The notes beneath the pieces are model-generated. The model was not told the DNA's origin. It saw only the letters and a list, made by a program, of their open reading frames with translations, and ran no database searches. This document shows positions 17,785-24,478 of a stretch of DNA of 32,000 nucleotides, in pieces. The translations under genes were made by a program, and so were the position numbers. The DNA comes from Desulfocapsa sulfexigens DSM 10523 (lineage in GTDB: Bacteria > Desulfobacterota > Desulfobulbia > Desulfobulbales > Desulfocapsaceae). The stretch is taken from contig NC_020304.1 of the NCBI RefSeq assembly GCF_000341395.1, positions 3,420,001 through 3,452,000 of the forward strand. The letters are read 5' to 3'. Numbering within the stretch: the stretch's first letter is position 1; each line of letters opens with the position of its first letter.

Positions 17785-18234
17785 ATGTTTGACTATAACC
17801 TGTCACTAACGCTTACAACACTTCTTCTCTGCATTTTGATTTTCTGGCGTTCCCTCGTGCTTCGAAGACAACTAGTTGAAAAATCAGGTCTCCTGCGTAT
17901 TCAGATGTATAAAATTGAAAAAATGAGTCAGGAAATTGAAAATAACGTTCCCTCTGGTAGCGACGAAAAGTTTCAAACCAGTCTCAAACAGGCCACCGTC
18001 ACAACCGAACTGCAGAAACCCCGAAGTTCCCTTGTTAATAATCGTAAAAAGATACGTTCTCCAGAACGCTATAGTTATGTGCAGAACATGCTTCATGCAG
18101 GCATGCCCAAGGAAGAAATTGCCTCAACTCTTGGGATGTCTGGCGGCGAAATCTCTCAAATCCTGAAGCTCACAAAGCTCTGTTGCAGCAGTGAAAACGG
18201 TAAAAACACTTCAAAAACCCTATCACCCGCCTAG
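17785..18234 (+). CDS. Hypothetical membrane-anchored protein with a C-terminal HTH-like tail (DUF2802-like architecture)
   Basis: N-terminal TM (LSLTLTTLLLCILIFW), a helical linker, and the C-terminal YSYVQNMLHAGMPKEEIASTLGMSGGEISQILKL. This resembles the DUF2802 proteins found in other flagellar/che clusters; the assignment is from memory, not a search. Confidence 0.6.
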   Translation: MFDYNLSLTLTTLLLCILIFWRSLVLRRQLVEKSGLLRIQMYKIEKMSQEIENNVPSGSDEKFQTSLKQATVTTELQKPRSSLVNNRKKIRSPERYSYVQNMLHAGMPKEEIASTLGMSGGEISQILKLTKLCCSSENGKNTSKTLSPA

Positions 18235-18250
18235 GAACGTGCATTCTACC

Positions 18251-18278
18251 CTAAAGAATCAGAAGCAAACAGCCGATT
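18251..18278 (+). promoter_or_regulatory. Putative sigma28 (FliA) promoter upstream of flgF
   Basis: TAAAG (18251-18255), then GCCGATTA (18271-18278). TAAA-N16-GCCGATTA compares with the consensus TAAA-N15-GCCGATAA. It lies 55 nt before the flgF ATG. Confidence 0.6.
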
Positions 18279-18332
18279 AAATAAGAGAAAATACATACGT
18301 CATATCAACCAGCTTTACCCCGGAAAAACATT

Positions 18333-19082
18333 ATGGTCTCAGGAAAATACAGTGCCCTTGCAGGAGCCATCTCGCGCGAACAGCGATTGGCAAACATTGC
18401 CACCAATCTCGCGAATGTAAATACCGTTGGCTACAAAAAATCACGGATGAGTTTCGAATCCCTTCTTAGAGGTGAACAGCAGACCAGTGCGGCCAAAGGG
18501 ATCAACTTCAGTCGTGTCCGTGAAAACTTCACAGAATTCACAGAAGGTCCGATCAAGAATACTACCAACCCATTGGACATAGCCATTCATCAGGATGGTT
18601 TTTTTAAAGTCCAGAGTAAAGAAGGTTTCAGATACACAAGAAGAGGTGATTTTCATGTTGATCAGGATGGTACCCTGATGACTGGAAATAACATGCCAGT
18701 GCTCGACGACGGAAATGCCCCTATCTCTATTCCAGGCAATGATACTTCAAAAATATCGGTCAATAGCATTGGGGAGATATCTGTACTTTCAATCGACGGA
18801 ACGCGTGAATTGGTTGGGAAGATAGCTGTTTACACAATGAATGAAAACAACTCTCTAAAAAGAGAATCTGACACTCTGTTCTCACTGGAAACGGGTGGCC
18901 AGGAAGTCCTCAACGAAACCCCACTTCTCAATGTTGGTAGTCTTGAGGTATCTAATGTGAACATGACCGAAGAAATGGCTTTAATGATCGAGAGCACAAG
19001 AACATTTGAAAGTTATCAGAAGGTTATAAAGGCCTATTCTACACTGGGTCAGAAACAAGACGAACTTGGAACCGTCGGCTAG
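18333..19082 (+). CDS. flgF: Flagellar basal-body rod protein FlgF
   Basis: N-terminus ALAGAISREQRLANIATNLANVNTVGYKK and C-terminus LEVSNVNMTEEMALMIESTRTFESYQKVIK. It precedes flgG. Confidence 0.9.
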   Translation: MVSGKYSALAGAISREQRLANIATNLANVNTVGYKKSRMSFESLLRGEQQTSAAKGINFSRVRENFTEFTEGPIKNTTNPLDIAIHQDGFFKVQSKEGFRYTRRGDFHVDQDGTLMTGNNMPVLDDGNAPISIPGNDTSKISVNSIGEISVLSIDGTRELVGKIAVYTMNENNSLKRESDTLFSLETGGQEVLNETPLLNVGSLEVSNVNMTEEMALMIESTRTFESYQKVIKAYSTLGQKQDELGTVG

Positions 19083-19114
19083 TCCGACTTCTAACCAAAG
19101 CTTAAAGGAATATC

Positions 19115-19900
19115 ATGATACGATCACTCTGGACCGGCACCACCGGCATGAACGCTCAGCAGCTGAATCTTGACGTTATCGCCAACAATCTCGCCAATGT
19201 TTCAACCACAGGATTCAAAAAGAGCCGAGCTGATTTTCAGGACCTTATGTATCAAATACTGAGGGTCCCAGGATCCCAGACCTCTGCAGACACCGAATCT
19301 CCATCCGGAATACAGGTGGGTCTCGGCGTTCGCCCTGCAGCTGTTCAAAAGCTCTTCACTCAAGGGGACCTTATCCAGACCGGTAACGAACTCGATGTCG
19401 CTATTGAAGGGGCTGGATTCTACCAGGTCGAACTTCCCAATGGTGAAACTGCCTATACAAGGGCTGGGGCATTCAAACGCGATGGTGATGGCCGAATGAC
19501 CACCTCTGACGGCTACCCCATATCTCCTGGAATCACAATTCCCGACGGCTCACGTCAGATCACCATCAGTGAGACGGGTATCGTCAGTGCTCTCATAGGT
19601 GACGAAACCACCAGCACCGAGATTGGCAACATTGAAACCGTTGCGTTCACTAATGATGGCGGCCTGCTCGCTGTCGGGAAAAACCTTTTCAGGGACACCG
19701 AGGCTTCGGGAACAGCCCAGACAGGAACCCCTGGTGATGATGGCTACGGTCTTCTGCTGCAAACATTTCTCGAAGGTTCAAATGTGAATATTGTTGAAGA
19801 AATGGCCTCCATGATTACCACCCAGCGTGCCTATGAAATCAACTCCAAAACCATCCAGACCTCGGATGAAATGATGCAGACTACCAACCAGATGGTATAA
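19115..19900 (+). CDS. flgG: Flagellar distal rod protein FlgG
   Basis: MIRSLWTGTTGMNAQQLNLDVIANNLANVSTTGFKKSRADFQDLMYQ and LEGSNVNIVEEMASMITTQRAYEINSKTIQTSDEMMQ are highly conserved FlgG termini. Confidence 0.96.
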   Translation: MIRSLWTGTTGMNAQQLNLDVIANNLANVSTTGFKKSRADFQDLMYQILRVPGSQTSADTESPSGIQVGLGVRPAAVQKLFTQGDLIQTGNELDVAIEGAGFYQVELPNGETAYTRAGAFKRDGDGRMTTSDGYPISPGITIPDGSRQITISETGIVSALIGDETTSTEIGNIETVAFTNDGGLLAVGKNLFRDTEASGTAQTGTPGDDGYGLLLQTFLEGSNVNIVEEMASMITTQRAYEINSKTIQTSDEMMQTTNQMV

Positions 19901-19902
19901 TC

Positions 19903-20853
19903 ATGAAAAGAGTAACACTTCTGATTTCTGCATTTCTCTGTCTGCTTCCAGGAGTTACTTTGGCTCTTGAAATCACTTTTTCTCCCCTTGCCGAAATCCG
20001 TTCTTCTTATATTACCTTGGGAGATGTTGCAGAATTCAACGAAGATTCTGCTCTTGCCATGGCGCTCGGTTCAAAAGAGATAGCCCCGGCACCAAAGGCA
20101 GGGGAAAGTGTCACCCTGAATTCAGAAGAGGTCAGATCAACGCTTGTTGCAAATTTTCCTGTCCCAACTGACCTCACCTGGAAAGGCGCTAATACCATCG
20201 TGGTCGAACGAAAAGGAATCATCATCGGCCCCGATGAGATTGCAGCTAAAATTGCAGAATATCTTGAAGAAAGAGGTGATGATCTTCCGGTCGCTGAATA
20301 TTCTTTTATCAGTCGCGAACTCCCCCTTCCCTTTATCATCCCGGAGGGTGAGCTGGAAGTAGATGTTATCCCGGCAGATCCATCCGTTATTGGCAGTCGC
20401 AGGTTCTCACTGGTGTATAAGGTTGATGGGAGAACTGTAAAGAACATTTCCATACGTGGTAATTTGGAAGCACTTGCATCGGTAGCTATTCTTACTCAAA
20501 ACGTTAAAAGAGGAGCTATACTTCACCCCGACATGGTGGAACTGCAGACAAAGGATCTTTCACAACTCAGGGATCCATGCACAGACCTCCGTGAAGTACT
20601 CGGGAAGAAACTGACCAGAAGCCTTCGTTCTGGAACTGTTCTTGATATCAGTTCCATCGACATTCCACCTGTTATCCAAAAAGGACAACTTGTTAAAATC
20701 CTGATAAATCACAATGGAATGCATCTTAGTGCTACTGGTATTTCTTCAATGAACGGAAAACAGGATCAAATCATCCGTGTCATGAACAGCAGCTCCCATA
20801 AAATGATTTTCTGTAAAGTCATAGCTCCAGGCCTTGTGGAGGTCCACATCTAA
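19903..20853 (+). CDS. flgA: Flagellar P-ring assembly chaperone FlgA (long form, 316 aa)
   Basis: Signal peptide. The C-terminal SAF/FlgA motif block is LRSGTVLDISSIDIPPVIQKGQLVKILINHNGMHLSATGISSMNGKQDQIIRVMNSSSHKMIFCKVIAPGLVEV. Confidence 0.85.
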   Translation: MKRVTLLISAFLCLLPGVTLALEITFSPLAEIRSSYITLGDVAEFNEDSALAMALGSKEIAPAPKAGESVTLNSEEVRSTLVANFPVPTDLTWKGANTIVVERKGIIIGPDEIAAKIAEYLEERGDDLPVAEYSFISRELPLPFIIPEGELEVDVIPADPSVIGSRRFSLVYKVDGRTVKNISIRGNLEALASVAILTQNVKRGAILHPDMVELQTKDLSQLRDPCTDLREVLGKKLTRSLRSGTVLDISSIDIPPVIQKGQLVKILINHNGMHLSATGISSMNGKQDQIIRVMNSSSHKMIFCKVIAPGLVEVHI

Positions 20854-20854
20854 A

Positions 20855-21541
20855 ATGAAATCTCTGTTACTTATACTCAGCACAGCATTCCTTTTCTGCT
20901 CATGCGCAAGACCTGAATATTCCGTAACTGAAATCCCCGAACCTCTCGAGGAAATCCAGACTCAAAAAGCTGCCGAAAGAACCGATGGTTCACTGTGGCC
21001 AGGAGAACAGCATTCTCTTTTTGCTGACCATAAAGCACGAACAGTTGGAGACGTCGTAACAATCACCATAGCTGAAAATGCCAGTGCCTCCAAACAGGCA
21101 TCTACTTCCACCGATCGTAACACCAGTATGAGTGCAGCCATACCTCATTTATTTGGTCTTGAAAACTCAAAATGGGCGGTTGAACACCCCAAATTTGACC
21201 TCACCAACCTTGTTGAAGCAAGTTTTGCAAACAAATTTGAAGGTGCTGGAACAACTGTCAGAAAGGAAGATCTGGTTGCCTCCCTCACAGCTCAAGTTGT
21301 CGATGTGTACGCCAATGGCAACCTGAAAATAAGGGGCGGTAAGGAAGTACAGGTGAACAATGAAATTCAGGTTATTTATGTGACTGGAATCATACGTCCC
21401 GTTGATATTATGGCAAACAATACAGTCAATTCAAAACATGTTCTGAACGCAAAAATATCCTATACTGGCAAAGGTGCAATCAGTGACAAACAAAAACCCG
21501 GCTGGCTCATGCGAGTGCTTGACAATGTCTGGCCATTCTAA
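20855..21541 (+). CDS. flgH: Flagellar L-ring lipoprotein FlgH
   Basis: I chose the ATG at 20855, 2 nt after the flgA stop (MKSLLLILSTAFLFCSCARP looks like a lipoprotein signal). GSLWPGEQHSLFADHKARTVGDVVTITIAENASA and NGNLKIRGGKEVQVNNEIQVIYVTGIIRPVDI are FlgH signatures. Confidence 0.93.
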   Translation: MKSLLLILSTAFLFCSCARPEYSVTEIPEPLEEIQTQKAAERTDGSLWPGEQHSLFADHKARTVGDVVTITIAENASASKQASTSTDRNTSMSAAIPHLFGLENSKWAVEHPKFDLTNLVEASFANKFEGAGTTVRKEDLVASLTAQVVDVYANGNLKIRGGKEVQVNNEIQVIYVTGIIRPVDIMANNTVNSKHVLNAKISYTGKGAISDKQKPGWLMRVLDNVWPF

Positions 21542-21554
21542 TCGCGGAGTTGCA

Positions 21555-22670
21555 ATGAGAACTACAGTATCGATTCTATTAACAGGTTTCATACTCCTCT
21601 GTCTTTTCTGTACAAACAGCAGTGGAGCACGTATCAAGGATATTGCTGAACTTAAGGGAGTACGAAACAATCAGCTTATCGGTTACGGCCTTATCACCGG
21701 CCTTGCAGGAACTGGAGATGACCTCAAGAAAGTCCTTTTCACCAGACAGGCTCTCTATAACATGCTCGTTCGCCAGGGTATTACCGTTAATCCGGATGAG
21801 TTTGAAAATATTAAAGTCAACAATGTGGCGGCGGTAATGGTAACTGCCTCTCTACCACCGTTTGCAAAACCTGGCTCAACAATAGATGTTCAAGTCTCCT
21901 CCATCGGCGATGCTAAAAGTCTTGCTGGTGGTAATCTACTGATGACGCAATTAAAGGGGCCAGACGGGAAGGTCTATGCAGTTTCACAGGGCCCTTTGAC
22001 CATCGGTGCGTTTTCATTTGGCGGGAAGGCTGCCAAGGCACAGAGAAATCATCCCACCGTCGGAAGAATAACCGGTGGAGCCATAATTGAAAAAACTGCG
22101 CCTGGAAAATTTGCAGACGATGGTACCCTTTCCTACAGCCTGCGTACCTCAGATTTCACCACTGCAGCAAATATGAGTGATGCCATTAATGCTAAATATG
22201 GTATTGGCACAGCATTTCCAGTTGATTCTGCGACCATCAAAGTGATCATCCCTCAAGCTTTTCTTGAAGACAAGGTACATTTCGTCACCTCCATTGAAAG
22301 TATGCGGATAGAAACCGATACCAATGCCAAGGTTGTTGTGAATGAACGAACCGGAACCATTGTAATGGGGAAAGATGTAAGGCTCTCAACCGTAGCCGTA
22401 TCCCACGGTAATCTTTCACTTGTTGTTAAAGAGACAATGGAGGTTACCCAGCCCAACCCCTTGGCCACCGGACAAACAGTCGTTGCTCCTGAAACCTCAA
22501 TTGACATCGTTGAGGATGACGGACAGCTTATGCTAGTTGAGGAAGGCGTCTCAATCGGAGCTGTTGCCGATGCCCTGAATGCTATCGGGGCAACACCCCG
22601 AGATCTTATTGCCATCTTTCAGGCCATTAAAGTTGCGGGAGCCATGCATGGTGAACTCATTGTACTGTAG
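21555..22670 (+). CDS. flgI: Flagellar P-ring protein FlgI
   Basis: I chose the ATG at 21555 (signal peptide MRTTVSILLTGFILLCLFCTNSSGA) rather than the ORF-track start at 21474, which overlaps flgH. ARIKDIAELKGVRNNQLIGYGLITGLAGTGD is the FlgI signature. Confidence 0.95.
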   Translation: MRTTVSILLTGFILLCLFCTNSSGARIKDIAELKGVRNNQLIGYGLITGLAGTGDDLKKVLFTRQALYNMLVRQGITVNPDEFENIKVNNVAAVMVTASLPPFAKPGSTIDVQVSSIGDAKSLAGGNLLMTQLKGPDGKVYAVSQGPLTIGAFSFGGKAAKAQRNHPTVGRITGGAIIEKTAPGKFADDGTLSYSLRTSDFTTAANMSDAINAKYGIGTAFPVDSATIKVIIPQAFLEDKVHFVTSIESMRIETDTNAKVVVNERTGTIVMGKDVRLSTVAVSHGNLSLVVKETMEVTQPNPLATGQTVVAPETSIDIVEDDGQLMLVEEGVSIGAVADALNAIGATPRDLIAIFQAIKVAGAMHGELIVL

Positions 22671-22700
22671 ACCAGACAACCTTTAACCATATTATACCCT

Positions 22701-23024
22701 ATGAACATATCCAGCGATCCAAGAGCAATACCCACCACAAGCAGCCTGAAAAACCAGACAACGGATCCAAAGGATCAGGAGCTTCGAAAATTACGTAATT
22801 CCTGTCGTGAGTTTGAGGCTATTTATATCAATGAGATGTACAAAACCATGAGAAAATCTGTACCCGATTCAGGACTCTTTAAAAAAGACATGGCCAACAC
22901 TCTCTATCAGGAAATGCTCGATATGGAAATGGCCAAACAGACAGCACAGGGTGACGGCATGGGAATCGGTAAGGCTATGTATGAACAGTTAAAAGAGCAG
23001 CATTTTCCGGATAGTACCCCCTGA
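22701..23024 (+). CDS. flgJ: Rod-binding protein FlgJ (single-domain, no muramidase domain)
   Basis: 107 aa. CREFEAIYINEMYKTMRKS...LYQEMLDMEMAKQ resembles the Rod_binding domain of the FlgJ N-terminus. The position after flgI fits. Confidence 0.8.
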   Translation: MNISSDPRAIPTTSSLKNQTTDPKDQELRKLRNSCREFEAIYINEMYKTMRKSVPDSGLFKKDMANTLYQEMLDMEMAKQTAQGDGMGIGKAMYEQLKEQHFPDSTP

Positions 23025-23123
23025 TTGCATCAGTGATGATTATTGTTCTTCATCAGGTTGTTCCTCACCTTCTCTCTTCTTCTCCTTTCCCTCCTAAATA
23101 ATACCTTTTTTTCCTCTTGACAC

Positions 23124-23151
23124 TAAAGGTTTAGTATTAACATTCCGATAC
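23124..23151 (+). promoter_or_regulatory. Putative sigma28 (FliA) promoter upstream of orf193-flgM-flgN-flgK-flgL
   Basis: TAAAGGTTT (23124-23132), then tCCGATAc (23144-23151). The TAAA-N16-CCGATA geometry is the same as the flgF site. It lies in a 206-nt intergenic gap. Confidence 0.55.
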
Positions 23152-23186
23152 AGTAGACAAGAAAGAATTTCATTTACCCCTATTTA

Positions 23187-23222
23187 TTCTGCATGGATGC
23201 AGAAAAAAATAGCGCAAGGAGG
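23187..23222 (+). promoter_or_regulatory. Candidate CsrA-binding leader: GGA in a hairpin loop plus GGA in the Shine-Dalgarno
   Basis: Stem TTCTGCA (23187-23193) pairs with TGCAGAA (23198-23204); the loop is TGGA. The SD AAGGAGG lies at 23216-23222, 8 nt before the ATG at 23231. Confidence 0.4.
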
Positions 23223-23230
23223 CGTAAACA

Positions 23231-23812
23231 ATGATAAATAGTATCAGTGATCAGAATTATTTAGCCCCACAACAGGTTGAACAGTACAACAACAAAAGCC
23301 TGGGAATGCCAGCTGGAAAAGGATCAGAAAACCTTCCAGAATCTTCACGGAAACAGGACTCGGTGACAATAAACTACCAGCAGGAAGTGTCAATGACCTA
23401 CTCCAGCTCACTTACCATTCAAACCGGAGATGGTCAGGATCAATACAATCTCTTAAGAGGGCTGGTCACCAATATGCTCAAAGAACAGGGCATTGATTTT
23501 AAAGTCGCAACCGGTGATCAGGAAATAGATATCAGCTCCATCAGTCAGGAAGAAGCCGTTGAGCTGATTGCCGAAGATGGGTATTTTGGAGTTGAACAAA
23601 CATCTGATAGAATCGTAGAATTCGCCATAGGTATTGCCGGTGGTGACCCTTCGCGCCTTGAAGCAATCAAAGAAGGGGTTGACAAAGGGTTCGCCGAAGC
23701 GTTTGACGCCTTCGGTGGATGGTTACCGGAAATCTCCTATGATACCTATGACGCAGTAATGAACAAACTTGATGCCTGGGCTGAAGTGGACAGTCCCGAA
23801 GAGGTGTCGTAA
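23231..23812 (+). CDS. Uncharacterised 193-aa protein, first gene of the late (flgM) operon; the C-terminal half is DUF5610-like (tentative)
   Basis: Strong SD. Polar, probably disordered N-terminal ~100 aa. The C-terminus GYFGVEQTSDRIVEFAIGIAGGDPSRLEAIKEGVDKGFAEAFDAFGGWLPEISYDTYDAVMNKLDAW matches my recollection of the DUF5610 pattern; this was not verified. Confidence 0.7.
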   Translation: MINSISDQNYLAPQQVEQYNNKSLGMPAGKGSENLPESSRKQDSVTINYQQEVSMTYSSSLTIQTGDGQDQYNLLRGLVTNMLKEQGIDFKVATGDQEIDISSISQEEAVELIAEDGYFGVEQTSDRIVEFAIGIAGGDPSRLEAIKEGVDKGFAEAFDAFGGWLPEISYDTYDAVMNKLDAWAEVDSPEEVS

Positions 23813-23833
23813 TTAAGATAGACAGGTGATAGC

Positions 23834-24121
23834 ATGAGTGTTGAATTTAGAGGAGTTGGCGGCCTTGGACAGATAGGCAGCATTAAAAAAAGTGACAAAG
23901 CTGAGACAACAGCCAAGCCCGGTTCTGCAAAAGAAACGGACCAGGTGCAATTCTCTGCTGTCCTTCAAAATGTCAACAAAGCACAGACAGGATCCGATGG
24001 GAACACGGAACGGGCTGAGCGCGTCGCTGAGTTGAAACAACAGATCGCCAATGGCTCCTATGAACCTGATCTCAACAAAGTCGCATCCAATCTTCTCCAA
24101 TTCCTTATGGAGGAAAAATAG
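23834..24121 (+). CDS. flgM: Anti-sigma28 factor FlgM
   Basis: 95 aa. The C-terminal RVAELKQQIANGSYEPDLNKVASNLLQF matches the FlgM sigma28-binding helices. The position before flgN-flgK fits. Confidence 0.85.
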   Translation: MSVEFRGVGGLGQIGSIKKSDKAETTAKPGSAKETDQVQFSAVLQNVNKAQTGSDGNTERAERVAELKQQIANGSYEPDLNKVASNLLQFLMEEK

Positions 24122-24123
24122 CA

Positions 24124-24477
24124 ATGGCTGCCGGTACCACCCACCAATACCTTGTCCGCCTTCATGACGTGATCCTTGAAGAACGTGAGTACTCCAAAGT
24201 ACTCGACATGGAATCACTTGCAAAGGCTATGCAGGAAAAGGAAGAGCTTATCCAGGTTCTGGCACATGTTAAACAGCTTGACGAAGAAGATAATGAACTG
24301 GCGGCAATTATCCGCCATGAAAACAGACGTAATGCCTACCTTTTCAAAGCAACTCTTGGCTGGATCAGAGAAACAATGGAGTTTTTTGGTAAGCGTACCG
24401 TCGCCTCTGGCTACACTGCAAATGCCGGGATGGTAAACTCAAAAGTTAACGGACGACTCCTTTCAGGACAGGTGTGA
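24124..24477 (+). CDS. flgN: FlgN-like export chaperone (for FlgK/FlgL)
   Basis: 117-aa helical protein between flgM and flgK. The pattern LEEREYSKVLDMESLAKAMQEKEELIQVL...NRRNAYLFKATLGWIRETMEFF...SGY is FlgN-like. The sequence evidence is moderate. Confidence 0.65.
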   Translation: MAAGTTHQYLVRLHDVILEEREYSKVLDMESLAKAMQEKEELIQVLAHVKQLDEEDNELAAIIRHENRRNAYLFKATLGWIRETMEFFGKRTVASGYTANAGMVNSKVNGRLLSGQV

Positions 24478-24478
24478 T

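Noticed and set aside
23021-23056. Short palindromes after flgJ (CTGAT-tgc-ATCAG and TGATGA...TCATCA), considered as a terminator
   Set aside because: The stems are short (5-6 bp) and AT-rich with no following T-tract. This is not convincing as an intrinsic terminator.
23813-24223. 136-aa minus-strand ORF antisense to flgM and the flgN start
   Set aside because: The plus-strand flgM/flgN reading has clear family motifs, operon context and tight spacing. The antisense ORF is Cys/Leu/Phe-rich with no motif.
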